A stretch of 64,000 nucleotides of DNA from Candidatus Latescibacterota bacterium (GTDB lineage: Bacteria; Latescibacterota; UBA2968; UBA8231). A program made the position numbers and the translations under genes. The DNA lies in assembly GCA_965248265.1 (NCBI GenBank), contig CBDFJF010000002.1:3520001-3584000 (forward strand), given 5' to 3'. Every line of letters starts with the position of its first letter. Position 1 is the stretch's first letter. Shown here piece by piece: positions 37,385 to 47,801 of the stretch. Below the pieces are notes generated by a model. That model saw only the letters and a program-made list of their open reading frames with translations. It had not been told where the DNA came from and did not search any database.

Positions 37385-38620
37385 ATGATGAAACGCATAC
37401 CGCTGCATTGGCAAATCGCCGTGGCCCTGGTGGCTGGTGTTCTGGCCGGCCTGGGTGCCGGGGAATCGGTCCTGCACCTGAAGTTTCTCGGAGACCTGTT
37501 TCTCAAAGGTCTGAAGATGATCATCGTGCCACTGATTGCCTCTTCTATCATCTGCGGCATGGCCGGCATTGGTGCTTCGGGGGCCATGGGCCGCATCGGT
37601 GCGAAGACCTTCGGATACTATCTGTGCACCAGCCTCTTCGCCATAGTCACCGGATTGTTTCTGGCCAACATCGTACGACCCGGAGATGGCGTCGCCCTGG
37701 GACTGCTGGAGCGCCCTGACGAGAGACTTGCTTCATCTCTTGAGAAGTTCGGCGATTCTCCCTTCTCCGCCGCCCAGCGTCTCCTGCTCGATCTGGTCCC
37801 GAGCAACTTCTTCGAGGCCATGGCCGAGGGGCACATGCTGCAGATCATCTTCTTCTGCCTGCTGTTCGGCGTTTTCATCTCCCGCGCGGACACGCCACAT
37901 CGGGACCGCTTGGTCGGGTTCTTCGAGGCCGTCTTCGAAGTGGTCATGCGTCTGACACGCTTCGTTCTGGCCTTCGCCCCGATCGGTATCTTCGCCCTCG
38001 TGGCCACAACAGTCGCCACCACCGGACTGGAGGCGTTTAAGGGGTTAGGGCTCTACGCTTTGACCGTGCTTGCCGGCTTGCTCATTCACGCCTGCATCAC
38101 CCTACCCGCACTGCTGTACGTGATCGGCCGTTGTTCGCCCAAGCGGCATGCACAGGCCATGTCTCCGGCCTTGCTGACAGCTTTTTCCACCTCTTCTTCT
38201 TCGGCAACGCTACCCCTGACCATGAACAGCCTGGAAAAACGGGCCGGCATCTCCAACCGGGTCACCAGCTTCGTGGCACCGCTGGGGGCGACCATCAATA
38301 TGGACGGCACTGCCCTGTACGAATGCGTCGCCGCCATGTTCATCGCTCAGGCCTATGGCATCGAGTTGACCATCATCCAGCAGGTCATCCTCGTGGTCAC
38401 AGCGCTGTTGGCCTCCATAGGAGCGGCGGGCATCCCCATGGCTGGACTGGTAATGATCTCCGTTATCCTTACGGCCCTGGGCCTGCCACTGGAAGGTGTA
38501 GGCCTGATCCTGGCCGTAGACCGGGTACTGGATATGTGCCGGACCACGGTCAATGTTTGGAGTGACTCTACAGGTGCCGCCATCATCGCCCGCAGCGAGG
38601 GAGAGCACCCGAATGTCTGA
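37385..38620 (+). CDS. dicarboxylate/amino acid:cation symporter (GltP family)
   Basis: LKMIIVPLI, AFSTSSSSATLP, PLGATINMDGTALY, DRVLDMCRTTVNV. Confidence 0.93.
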   Translation: MMKRIPLHWQIAVALVAGVLAGLGAGESVLHLKFLGDLFLKGLKMIIVPLIASSIICGMAGIGASGAMGRIGAKTFGYYLCTSLFAIVTGLFLANIVRPGDGVALGLLERPDERLASSLEKFGDSPFSAAQRLLLDLVPSNFFEAMAEGHMLQIIFFCLLFGVFISRADTPHRDRLVGFFEAVFEVVMRLTRFVLAFAPIGIFALVATTVATTGLEAFKGLGLYALTVLAGLLIHACITLPALLYVIGRCSPKRHAQAMSPALLTAFSTSSSSATLPLTMNSLEKRAGISNRVTSFVAPLGATINMDGTALYECVAAMFIAQAYGIELTIIQQVILVVTALLASIGAAGIPMAGLVMISVILTALGLPLEGVGLILAVDRVLDMCRTTVNVWSDSTGAAIIARSEGEHPNV

Positions 38621-38632
38621 GAAGGCACAAGC

Positions 38633-39379
38633 TCAATCGCCGTCGCCCAGATAACTGGGAAACCGCGTCTGGTCGTCGGTTTCGGCTTCGTCAGTTTGTT
38701 GTCGCGTGAGGCCAAGGGCGTCCAGAAAGTCAGCCGCCTGCAGTTGAGTACCCTTCATTTCGACCCCGGCCAAACGCGCATCCTGCACCTGGGCACTGGA
38801 AAGGTCTGCGTCGCTGAGATCTCCGCCCTGCAAGTCCACGTCCTGTAGGTTGATTTCTTTGCAGTTGGCTCTGCGAAGGTCCGCCAAAAACAGGTTGGCA
38901 CCCTTGCAATATGCTCCCTCCAGGTCGGCCCCTTGGAGCCTGCTTTCCAGCAAGTCAGCGTCTCGTAGATCGGCACGCTGCAGGTTGGCTTTGCGCAGAT
39001 CGGCGCCCTGGAGATTCGCCTGTATTAGGTGTGCTCCCTCCATGTTGGCCTCGCGCAGGTTGGATTGCTGCAGACTGGCATGCTGGAGGTTTGCTTGGGT
39101 AAGGTCAGCACGATAGAGATTTGCATTCTGAAGCTCGGCTCCGTGCAGACTCGCCTGGCTGAAGTTGGCACCGCGCAGATCGGCTCCCTGGAAGTAGGCA
39201 TCCTGGAGGAAGGCGCGGTGGAAGTCGGCCTTCTCGCCGTCCTCACCTTTTGATTCAAGCCATTCCCGATGTCTGTTGAGCATCCGTTCCAATTCCTCCG
39301 CTGGAATGGCTTTCGGCTCAGCATTCGCGTCCGGGGCGTCTTCATCCCCCTCTGGCGGTATGTCGATTTGTTCTGTCAT
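38633..39379 (-). CDS. pentapeptide repeat protein
   Basis: Long A(D/N)Lxx array; N-cap HREWLESKGEDGEKADF. Confidence 0.9.
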   Translation of the reverse strand: MTEQIDIPPEGDEDAPDANAEPKAIPAEELERMLNRHREWLESKGEDGEKADFHRAFLQDAYFQGADLRGANFSQASLHGAELQNANLYRADLTQANLQHASLQQSNLREANMEGAHLIQANLQGADLRKANLQRADLRDADLLESRLQGADLEGAYCKGANLFLADLRRANCKEINLQDVDLQGGDLSDADLSSAQVQDARLAGVEMKGTQLQAADFLDALGLTRQQTDEAETDDQTRFPSYLGDGD

Positions 39380-39492
39380 GGCTGAGGCTCGATCGCCGGA
39401 CGGCTATCAATGGGCTCCGACGCTGTCCCGGAGGAATCGCGAAACCAACCACCCTCTGGCCTCGCGAAACCCGCCGACTCCCCAAGGGTTTT

Positions 39493-39528
39493 GGAGACTC
39501 TCTACATTAGGGAGACTCTCTACATTAG
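39493..39528. repeat. 18-bp perfect tandem repeat
   Basis: GGAGACTCTCTACATTAG at 39493-39510 and 39511-39528. Confidence 0.9.
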
Positions 39529-39698
39529 ATAGGGTGGTGAACAGATGGGATAGTGAAAGGAAACTTAACGGCATCAACTCCATACTGCAATCTCCTTGAA
39601 CCACAATTACTTATACCGATTGATTGCAGCACCGTTTGCCGCTGCGGACACCCTCCAGATACGGTGAAACCGCAACCGTTGCGCCAGCCAACAGTGTG

Positions 39699-39773
39699 TG
39701 GTGGTCCCGCCGGGAATCGAACCCAGATTTGAGGATTAGGAATCCTCCGTTCTATCCGTTGAACTACGGGACC
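39699..39773 (-). tRNA. tRNA-Arg(CCT)
   Basis: Minus strand GGTCCCG/CGGGACC acceptor stem, GAGGA-TTCCTAA-TCCTC anticodon arm, GGTTCGATTCC, encoded CCA. Confidence 0.95.
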
Positions 39774-39812
39774 GATCTGCGCCGCGTGTGGCACCCCAGC
39801 TGAATCGGCGTC

Positions 39813-40016
39813 CTACGTCCTCCTCTTCACGTTCACTGCGACCGGCCCCCTTGGGCCTTCCTGGACTTCGAATTCGATCTCGTCCCCGGCCGCCAAGACC
39901 TGTGCAGACTCCTCTTCGATTTCGCTGAAATGAACGAACGCATCCTCACCTTCCCAATCGATAAAACCGTACCCCCGTTTTTCGCTGTAGAACTTGACGA
40001 CACCGGTAGGTGACAT
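39813..40016 (-). CDS. cold-shock protein
   Basis: GVVKFYSEKRGYGFI, AFVHFSEI, GPRGPVAVNV; GGAG SD. Confidence 0.9.
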   Translation of the reverse strand: MSPTGVVKFYSEKRGYGFIDWEGEDAFVHFSEIEEESAQVLAAGDEIEFEVQEGPRGPVAVNVKRRT

Positions 40017-40254
40017 GTGAACTCCGGGTAGGGAGCAGATCGCCACGGCGATCCGGCATGAGGTATCCGCTTGGGGTCGCCAACTGCTGCGGCGCCGGCA
40101 CTCGCGCGAAGTTTGCGGCTGATTTCAGACGAGAAGCGCCGGTTTGATTGGTGTGCGTGTAATGGGGATTCAATTATAAAGTGAGGAATTTTGCGCAGTC
40201 AAGGCCGCTGCCCTGGCGACCTGGCCTGGATGCACGGAATCCTTGATGTTGACT

Positions 40255-40283
40255 TTGCCCGATGTAGCATACTTTACTATACT
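40255..40283 (+). promoter_or_regulatory. sigma70 promoter of the ACIII-oxidase operon
   Basis: TTGCCC-N17-TATACT about 90 nt upstream of actA. Confidence 0.5.
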
Positions 40284-40375
40284 TCATTTTCCGGCTGTAC
40301 CACCACCCCCTTCACATGTAGTTTGGTGGTCGCCTTCCACCTATAGCGGCCCCCAAGCCACTCCGAAAACAGCGT

Positions 40376-41035
40376 ATGCCGCCGCAGATATTCCGCCGCA
40401 GCATCAATTGGTTTGCCAATGTAACCATCATTGGCGCGGTCGTTGTCCCCGGACTGCTGCTGACCATTCTCCTCAACATCAATCGGCTGGACTATGTCAG
40501 TCACGTGGGCATGCCCAAGGATCAACCTGTGCCCTTCAGCCATAAACACCACGTAACTGGCATGGGTATCGACTGCCGCTATTGCCACACGACGGTGGAG
40601 GAAACAGCGTTTGCCGGTATCCCACCGACGGAGACCTGTATGACCTGTCACTCCCAAATTTGGACCGAAGCATCTATGCTCGAGCCGGTGAGGGCGAGCT
40701 TCCGAGATAACACCTCCTTGCAGTGGACGCGCATCCACGACTTGCCGGATTTTGTCTACTTCAAGCACGACATACACATCAACAAGGGCATCGGGTGCGA
40801 GACCTGTCACGGTCGTGTAGACCGCATGCCCCTAGCCATGAAAGCGCAGACACTGAACATGGAGTGGTGTCTGGATTGTCATCGGGCCCCTGAACTGTTC
40901 ATTCGGCCCCGGGAGGAGGTCTTCAACATGGCCTGGACCTATCCCCTCGATCAAGAGGCGGCGGGCATGAAACTGGTCCAGCAGTACGGCGTTCAGACGT
41001 CCCAGCTCACCGATTGCTCAGTGTGCCATCTATGA
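40376..41035 (+). CDS. actA: alternative complex III pentaheme cytochrome c
   Basis: TM anchor, QPVPFSHKHH, five CxxCH motifs. Confidence 0.93.
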   Translation: MPPQIFRRSINWFANVTIIGAVVVPGLLLTILLNINRLDYVSHVGMPKDQPVPFSHKHHVTGMGIDCRYCHTTVEETAFAGIPPTETCMTCHSQIWTEASMLEPVRASFRDNTSLQWTRIHDLPDFVYFKHDIHINKGIGCETCHGRVDRMPLAMKAQTLNMEWCLDCHRAPELFIRPREEVFNMAWTYPLDQEAAGMKLVQQYGVQTSQLTDCSVCHL

Positions 41036-44000
41036 CCGAAGCATCCGTTACCCGCAAACAGCTGGACATGAACGATCTGCGCGCTCGCCTCGCTGAGGGT
41101 GGTGGCCGGGACTACTGGCGCAGCCTGGAGGAGTTGGCTGAAACCGAGGAATTCGAGGAATTGCTCCACAGGGAATTCCCGGAGAGCGCCTCCGAGTGGA
41201 CCGACGGGGTGAGTCGGCGCAACTTTCTGAGGCTCATGGGTGCGTCGCTGGCATTTGGCGGCCTCACGAACTGTACCATCCAACCTGAGGAGAAGATCGT
41301 TCCCTGGGTAAGGGCACCGGAGAACCTGATTCCGGGCAGGCCACTGTTCTACGCCACCGCGATGCCTGTGGGCGGCATCGGCACGGGCATTCTGGTGGAG
41401 AGCCACATGGGGCGGCCCACGAAGATTGAGGGCAACCCCGGGCATCCCTCCAGTCTGGGCGGCACCGACGCCATCACCCAGGCCTCCATCCTCGACTTGT
41501 ACGATCCCGACCGCGCCACCGCGGTCAAGAACGCGGGTCGGATAGGCACCTGGAGCAGCTTCCTGCAGAGTCTCGACAAGGAGCTCTCTTTCCAGCGGCT
41601 GAAGAATGGAGCAGGACTGCGAATCCTCACCGAAACAGTAGGCTCACCCACGCTCGGACAGCAGCTGGGCTTCGTCCTGGAAGAGTTCCCAGAGGCTCAC
41701 TGGCATCAGTTCGAGCCTGCCAACCGGGATAATGTCCGAAACGGTTCAACGCTGGCTTTCGGTGAGCCCGTCAATACCTATTTCGATATCGCCAAGGCAG
41801 ATGTCATTCTCTCATTAGACGCCGACTTCCTCTACAGCGGCCCCGGCAGTGTGCGCTATGCCCGCGATTTTGCATCACGGCGGCGACCTCGCGATGGAAA
41901 GGGGGATGAGTTCAATCGGCTTTACGTCGCCGAGACATCCCCTTCCGCGACGGGGAGTATGGCCGATCACCGTGTCGCTCTGGACAGCGGCGCCATCGAG
42001 GCCTTCGCCTTGGCTTTGGCTGGGCAATTGGGAGTTAAATTCCGCGCCGAAGGAGAGATCCCGCCTTTCGACGACCGCACTGGATGGCTTGCGGCACTGG
42101 CGCGGGATCTGCGCAAGGCAGGCAGCTCCGGCCTCGTCATCGCCGGCGACTACCAGGCTCCCGTCCTGCACGCTCTGGCCCATGCCATCAACGACTCCCT
42201 CGGCAGCGTTGGTACGACAGTCTATTATACGGATCCGCTGGAAGTGGAACCCGTGGACGAATCCGAATCCATCCGGGAACTGGTGGCGTCCATGAAGGCC
42301 GATGAGGTGGAAGTCCTCATCATCGTGGGTGGCAATCCCGTCTTCAACGCACCGGCTGACCTCGACTTTGCCGAAGCCCTGGGCCATGTGGGGTTCCGGG
42401 CCCAGTTGAGTCCTTTCGAGGACGAGACCTCAGAGTTGTGCCACTGGCACGTGCCTGAGTCTCACTACCTGGAATCGTGGAGTGACATCCGCGCGTATGA
42501 CAGCACTGCCGCGATAGTGCAGCCGCTGATCCAGCCTCTCTACAACAGCAAGTCCGCCCACGAGTTGGTCGGGGCCATGATCGGCCAGGCCGGGTCTGGG
42601 ATCAGAGACCTTCTCAGGGAGTTCTGGCGACAAGAGACCTTCGCCGCGGATTTCGAGGAGTTCTGGGTTCGGGCTCTCCACGATGGCGTGCTCGCCGATA
42701 TGGCCTTCTACCCACGCCGGGTGAGCTTGCGTACTCCAATCAGAATCCCGACGGGATTCGCCCAACCCGCCGGTGAAGAGCAGATGGAACTCGCCCTGCG
42801 TCCCGATCCCCTGATATGGGATGGCCGCTTCGTCAACAACGGCTGGCTCCAGGAGACCCCCAAGCCAGTGACCAAGTTGACCTGGGATAACGCCGCTCTG
42901 GTGAGCCCGGAGACGGCCCAGAGACTGGGTCTCAAGAACGAGCAAGTGGTCGAACTGAGTCACGCTGGAAGATCCGTGAAAGCGCCTGTGTGGATCGTCC
43001 CGGGTCAGGCTCGTGAAGTCGTAACAGTTCAGCTCGGATACGGTCGCCGCCAGTCCGGTCGGGTGGGCCAAGGCATCGGATTCGATGCCAATGCGGTGCG
43101 GACGGCCGATAACATGTGGCGGGCAACAGGTCTGAAGGTTGTCATGTCCTTCGACCGGCATGCGCTCGCCTGCACCCAGGACCACCAGCTCATGGAAGAC
43201 CGACACCTGGTCAGGCACGCCGACATGGAGCACTATCGGCATCATCCCGAATTCGCTCAGCACGAGGTCCATGTGCCCCCTGCCTCTCTCACGCTCTTCA
43301 ACAATGGCGAATTCCAGTCCTCCACAGGCAACTCCTGGGGCATGGCCATCGATCTCAACGCCTGCATCGGTTGCAATGCCTGTGCCGTCGCCTGCCAGGC
43401 GGAGAACAACATTCCCATAGTGGGCAAGGAGGAAGTTCTCAACGGCCGAGAGATGCCGTGGATCCGCATTGATCGGTATTACGCGGGAGATCTGGACGAT
43501 CCCGAGATTCTCCACCAGCCTGTTCCCTGCCAGCAATGCGAAAACGCTCCTTGTGAGCTGGTCTGTCCGGTCGGGGCCACTTTGCACAGCGAAGAGGGCT
43601 TGAACGACATGGTGTACAATCGGTGCGTAGGAACCCGCTATTGTTCCAACAACTGTCCGTACAAGGTGAGACGGTTCAATTACCTCCAGTACGCGGATCG
43701 GGATACTCCCAGTCTCAAGCTCCAGCGCAACCCGGACGTGACCGTTCGGGCCCGGGGGGTCATGGAGAAATGCACGTACTGCACCCAGCGCATCAACGCC
43801 GCCCGCATCGTCGCAAAGAAGCGTGGCGGCCCCATACAGGATGGGGAAATCCAGACCGCCTGCCAGCAGGCGTGTCCTACTGAGGCCATTGTCTTCGGGA
43901 ACATCCAGGATGAGGACAGTCGAGTGTCCAAATGGAAGGGCTCGTCCCTGAACTACAGCATCCTCGCCGATCTGAACACCAGACCGCGCACGACCTACCT

Positions 44001-44040
44001 GGCCAGAGTCACCAACCCCAACCCCGAGATCAAGGGATAG
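41032..44040 (+). CDS. actB: alternative complex III molybdopterin-oxidoreductase-like plus Fe-S subunit
   Basis: YWRSLEEL, TAT motif SRRNFL, GRPTKIEGNP, CIGCNAC, CQQCENAPC, CVGTRYCSNNCPY, MEKCTYC. Confidence 0.95.
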   Translation: MTEASVTRKQLDMNDLRARLAEGGGRDYWRSLEELAETEEFEELLHREFPESASEWTDGVSRRNFLRLMGASLAFGGLTNCTIQPEEKIVPWVRAPENLIPGRPLFYATAMPVGGIGTGILVESHMGRPTKIEGNPGHPSSLGGTDAITQASILDLYDPDRATAVKNAGRIGTWSSFLQSLDKELSFQRLKNGAGLRILTETVGSPTLGQQLGFVLEEFPEAHWHQFEPANRDNVRNGSTLAFGEPVNTYFDIAKADVILSLDADFLYSGPGSVRYARDFASRRRPRDGKGDEFNRLYVAETSPSATGSMADHRVALDSGAIEAFALALAGQLGVKFRAEGEIPPFDDRTGWLAALARDLRKAGSSGLVIAGDYQAPVLHALAHAINDSLGSVGTTVYYTDPLEVEPVDESESIRELVASMKADEVEVLIIVGGNPVFNAPADLDFAEALGHVGFRAQLSPFEDETSELCHWHVPESHYLESWSDIRAYDSTAAIVQPLIQPLYNSKSAHELVGAMIGQAGSGIRDLLREFWRQETFAADFEEFWVRALHDGVLADMAFYPRRVSLRTPIRIPTGFAQPAGEEQMELALRPDPLIWDGRFVNNGWLQETPKPVTKLTWDNAALVSPETAQRLGLKNEQVVELSHAGRSVKAPVWIVPGQAREVVTVQLGYGRRQSGRVGQGIGFDANAVRTADNMWRATGLKVVMSFDRHALACTQDHQLMEDRHLVRHADMEHYRHHPEFAQHEVHVPPASLTLFNNGEFQSSTGNSWGMAIDLNACIGCNACAVACQAENNIPIVGKEEVLNGREMPWIRIDRYYAGDLDDPEILHQPVPCQQCENAPCELVCPVGATLHSEEGLNDMVYNRCVGTRYCSNNCPYKVRRFNYLQYADRDTPSLKLQRNPDVTVRARGVMEKCTYCTQRINAARIVAKKRGGPIQDGEIQTACQQACPTEAIVFGNIQDEDSRVSKWKGSSLNYSILADLNTRPRTTYLARVTNPNPEIKG

Positions 44041-44057
44041 GCCCTCACAGCCGCACC

Positions 44058-45437
44058 ATGTCAGAGCAGGCAACGCGACAGCAATACACACCGCCTCCTC
44101 CCGAATTGGGTCCGGGTCAGACGTCCTACACGTCGATAACGGAGAAGGTAAGCTCTTTCGTTCTGACTCCCCACACACCGTGGCAGTGGTTCTTCGTCGT
44201 ATTCGTGGGTCTGATGGGGGTGGGACTCCTGCAGTTGGCCATCGGCTACTTGTTGTACGAGGGAATCGGCATCTGGGGTCTCAACGTCCCCGTCGGCTGG
44301 GGTTTCGCCATCGTCCACTTCGTCTGGTGGATAGGAATCGGCCACGCAGGCACGCTCATTTCCGCCATCCTTCTGCTCTTTCGCCAGAAGTGGCGCACCT
44401 CCATCAACCGGTCGGCCGAAGCCATGACCATCTTCGCCGTCATGTGCGCCGGCATGTTCCCCCTGATCCATACCGGGCGCCCCTGGTTGGCCATATACTG
44501 GCTATTCCCCTACCCGAACTCCATGGATGTATGGCCCCAGTTCCGATCTCCCCTGATCTGGGATGTCTTTGCGGTGAGCACTTACTTCACCGTATCGCTC
44601 GTCTTCTGGTATATGGGGATGGTTCCCGATCTTGCCACTTTTCGCGATCGAGCCAAGTCTCCGATCGTCAAGCGCCTGTACGGGATGTTCGCCATGGGCT
44701 GGCGGGGATCGGCCATCCACTGGGAGCGCTACGAGATGGCGTCCCTCATGTTGGCCGGCCTGGCCACCCCGTTGGTCCTGTCCGTGCACAGCGTCATAAG
44801 TCTGGACTTCGCCGTCTCGATCATACCCGGGTGGCACACCACGATTTTTCCTCCCTATTTCGTAGCTGGCGCCATCTACGCAGGATTCGCCATGGTGCTC
44901 ATTCTGGTGATTCCCCTGAGGCGGCTGTACGGATTGCAAGATTTCGTCACCATACGGCACCTGGAGAACATGGGCAAGGTGATGCTCACCGCCGGGCTTA
45001 TCGTCGCATACGGCTACTTCATGGAACAGTTTATAGCCTGGTATAGTGCCAGCGTTTATGAATCGTTCATGATGCACAATCGGATGTTCGGCCCGTATGG
45101 AAGCTACTACTGGGCCCTCATTCTCTGTAACATCCTCATTCCGCAGGCCCTGTGGTCCAAGAGGGTGCGACGGAACACCACCTGGCTCTTCTTTATCTCC
45201 GTGGTCATTAGCGTGGGCATGTGGCTGGAGCGATTCGTCATCGTCATTACCAGTCTGCACGCAGACTACATGCCCTCTTCCTGGGACATGTTCTACCCCA
45301 CCTTCTGGGATTGGGCCACCTACGCGGGTACCATAGGCTTCTTCCTCCTCGCGTTCTTTCTCTTCGTGCGAGCACTGCCATTGATCGCCGCCCACGAAAT
45401 CCGAACCCTTCTCCCCTTCGGGAAAAAGGTGAAATAG
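44058..45437 (+). CDS. actC: alternative complex III NrfD-family membrane subunit
   Basis: FVWWIGIGHAGTLISA, HTGRPW, FRSPLIWDVFAVSTY, PGWHTTIFPPYF. Confidence 0.95.
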   Translation: MSEQATRQQYTPPPPELGPGQTSYTSITEKVSSFVLTPHTPWQWFFVVFVGLMGVGLLQLAIGYLLYEGIGIWGLNVPVGWGFAIVHFVWWIGIGHAGTLISAILLLFRQKWRTSINRSAEAMTIFAVMCAGMFPLIHTGRPWLAIYWLFPYPNSMDVWPQFRSPLIWDVFAVSTYFTVSLVFWYMGMVPDLATFRDRAKSPIVKRLYGMFAMGWRGSAIHWERYEMASLMLAGLATPLVLSVHSVISLDFAVSIIPGWHTTIFPPYFVAGAIYAGFAMVLILVIPLRRLYGLQDFVTIRHLENMGKVMLTAGLIVAYGYFMEQFIAWYSASVYESFMMHNRMFGPYGSYYWALILCNILIPQALWSKRVRRNTTWLFFISVVISVGMWLERFVIVITSLHADYMPSSWDMFYPTFWDWATYAGTIGFFLLAFFLFVRALPLIAAHEIRTLLPFGKKVK

Positions 45438-45464
45438 CGGGGCGTCGAACCTGCTTCGATACTT

Positions 45465-46007
45465 ATGAACCAGACTGGATCTGACACCTACGGCCTCATG
45501 GCCGAGTTCGAGACGCCCGAGGATCTGTTGGAGGCTGCCAGGCGCACCTACTCGGAAGGATACCGAACCATGGACGCCTACGCCCCTTTGCCCATCCACG
45601 GCCTGGCCGCTGCCATCGGATTTCCAAGAACCAATCTGCCCATCTTTACTTTCATCTGCGGTGCCGTGGGTGCGATCGCCGGGTACGCCATGCAGTACTG
45701 GATTCACGTCATCGACTTTCCCTTGAATATCGGTGGAAGACCGTTGCACAGTGGTCCCATGTTCATCCCCGTGACCTTCGAGTTGACCATACTGTTTGCC
45801 GCCTTGGGCACTTTCATAGGTCTGTGGATTCGCAACGGACTGCCCATGCCTTACCACCCGGTTTTTAATGTGGAAGGCTTCGAGCGCGCCAGTCAGGACC
45901 GTTTCTTCCTCTGCATCGAATCCGGGGATCCCCTCTTTAATGCCGATCGCACTGGCTCTTTCCTGCGGGGCTTGAATCCGGTAGAGGTATCGACCGTTGA
46001 CTGGTAA
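45465..46007 (+). CDS. actD: alternative complex III subunit D (DUF3341)
   Basis: GLMAEFETP, DAYAPLPIHGL, NIGGRP, PVTFELTILFA. Confidence 0.92.
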   Translation: MNQTGSDTYGLMAEFETPEDLLEAARRTYSEGYRTMDAYAPLPIHGLAAAIGFPRTNLPIFTFICGAVGAIAGYAMQYWIHVIDFPLNIGGRPLHSGPMFIPVTFELTILFAALGTFIGLWIRNGLPMPYHPVFNVEGFERASQDRFFLCIESGDPLFNADRTGSFLRGLNPVEVSTVDW

Positions 46008-46008
46008 G

Positions 46009-46596
46009 ATGCCGCGATGGCGCCATAGAGCGGCCCTGCCTACAGCACTCGCCCTTGCAGGGGCGCTGCTCCTGGGTGGTTGCGAACTCCGGCAGGCAAT
46101 GTATGACCAGCCGAAGTACGAGAGTCTCGAGGCCTCCGACCTGTTCGAGGACGGACTTTCTGCCCGCCAACCTATGGAGGGAACGGTGGCCCGAGGACAG
46201 CTCCGCCTTGACACTCACCTGTATGAGGGTAAGGTGAACGGCGAGTTGGCAACCACCATGCCTCTGGCGCTCACAGACGAACTCCCCATCCGAGGCAGAC
46301 AGCGCTACGACATATTCTGTTCCCCTTGCCATGACCGCACGGGCACGGGCAACGGAATGATTGTAAAGCGCGGGCTCAAGCAACCTCCCTCATACCACAT
46401 CGACCGTCTTAGAGAGGTCCCTATCGGATACTTCTTCGATGTCATCACCAACGGCTTTGGTGCGATGTACGGTTATGCGGATAAAATTCCCGTCAAAGAC
46501 CGGTGGGCTATCGCCGCCTACATGCGCGCTCTCCAGTTCAGCCAGCGCGCCCGGTTCGACGAACTGCCCGCAGAGGATCAGAGGCAGCTACAATGA
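46009..46596 (+). CDS. actE: alternative complex III monoheme cytochrome c lipoprotein
   Basis: Lipobox LLLGG-C, MYDQPK, GTVARG, CSPCH. Confidence 0.9.
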   Translation: MPRWRHRAALPTALALAGALLLGGCELRQAMYDQPKYESLEASDLFEDGLSARQPMEGTVARGQLRLDTHLYEGKVNGELATTMPLALTDELPIRGRQRYDIFCSPCHDRTGTGNGMIVKRGLKQPPSYHIDRLREVPIGYFFDVITNGFGAMYGYADKIPVKDRWAIAAYMRALQFSQRARFDELPAEDQRQLQ

Positions 46597-47801
46597 ACCA
46601 GGAGATTATTCGACAGTCGGAGGCCCTGAAGCCGCAGTTCGACTCCTATAGGAAGAAAGCCCTCGTCTGCGGCTTGGTGGCGGCCGCCTTCGCGATCTTG
46701 GGGTTATTCCTCGACCACGACCAGTTTTTTCGATCTTACCTGCTGGCTTTCGTCTACTGGGTGAGCCTGTCCCTGGGCAGTCTCCTGCTCCTCATGACTC
46801 ACCACCTGGCGGGAGGAAGGTGGGGATTCGCTATTCGTCGTCTCCTGGAAGGTGGTACGCGGACTCTGCTACTCATGTTCGTGCTGGGCATCCCCGTGCT
46901 GCTGGGTATTCACGAGCTCTACGAGTGGAGTCACGAAGATGTAGTGGCCGGCGACGAGATCCTCCAGATGAAGGCCTCGTTTCTGAATCCGACTTTCTTC
47001 GTGATCCGCTACGTCATCTATTTTCTGATATGGGGCGCTATGGCTGCCCTCCTCAACAGGTGGACAGCTGAGCAGGACTCCACGACGGAGACCTCCCCCA
47101 CGCGGAGAATGCAGATCCTGAGCGGGCCGGGAGTAGTCGTGTTCGTCCTCGTCGCCACCTTCGCCGCCACCGACTGGATCATGTCCCTGGAACCTCACTG
47201 GTTTTCCACCATCTACGCGGCTATTTACATCATCGGACAGATCCTGCTGACGTTTGCCTTTATGACCCTGGTGGCCGTCCGACTGTCGCGATACCAGCCT
47301 TTGAGTGCGCTGCTGACCAACGACCGTTTGAGAGATCTGGGTACCTTCATGCTCGCCTTTGTCATGCTCTGGGCTTACACCTCCTTCTCCCAGTTTCTCA
47401 TCATCTGGTCCGGCAACCTTCCCGAGGAAATCACTTGGTACTATACCCGTCTCACGGGCGGCTGGCAGCACGTGGGGTATCTGTTGGTGTTTTTTCATTT
47501 CGGCCTGCCTTTTGTTCTGCTAGTCTCCAGCCGACTCAAGGCACGAATCCCCATTCTGGTCTCCATTGCAGCCGGCCTAATGGCCATGCGGCTGCTGGAC
47601 CTTTTCTGGATCACTGCCCCTGCTTTCGATAAGACGGGCTTCACCATCCACTGGCTGGACGTGGTGCTGCCCATCGCCATGGGCGGCCTCTGGTTGTACG
47701 TCTTTTACGGGCAGCTGAGGAAGCGATCCCTCGTCCCCCTGAACGATCCGCGCTTCGATTTCTCCGCTCTTGCCGCCGCCAGCGAGGAAGCCCATGGCTG
47801 A
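46593..47801 (+). CDS. actF: alternative complex III membrane subunit F
   Basis: LYEWSH, DWIMSLEPHWFST, FSQFLIIWSGNLPEE. Confidence 0.92.
   Translation: MNQEIIRQSEALKPQFDSYRKKALVCGLVAAAFAILGLFLDHDQFFRSYLLAFVYWVSLSLGSLLLLMTHHLAGGRWGFAIRRLLEGGTRTLLLMFVLGIPVLLGIHELYEWSHEDVVAGDEILQMKASFLNPTFFVIRYVIYFLIWGAMAALLNRWTAEQDSTTETSPTRRMQILSGPGVVVFVLVATFAATDWIMSLEPHWFSTIYAAIYIIGQILLTFAFMTLVAVRLSRYQPLSALLTNDRLRDLGTFMLAFVMLWAYTSFSQFLIIWSGNLPEEITWYYTRLTGGWQHVGYLLVFFHFGLPFVLLVSSRLKARIPILVSIAAGLMAMRLLDLFWITAPAFDKTGFTIHWLDVVLPIAMGGLWLYVFYGQLRKRSLVPLNDPRFDFSALAAASEEAHG

Noticed and set aside
39493-39528. CRISPR array
   Set aside because: Only two abutting 18-bp copies, no spacers and no cas genes
28091-39773. 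Genomic island bounded by two inward-facing tRNAs
   Set aside because: Contains core cysS; no integrase and no duplicated tRNA 3' end
41032-44040. Nitrite oxidoreductase or another active molybdoenzyme
   Set aside because: Sequence and gene order identify ActB, which is known to lack a molybdenum cofactor
42430-46214. Long antisense ORFs of 582 and 570 aa, and many similar shadow ORFs
   Set aside because: They lie opposite well-supported actB/C/D genes, have no motifs, and are expected from GC-rich codon bias
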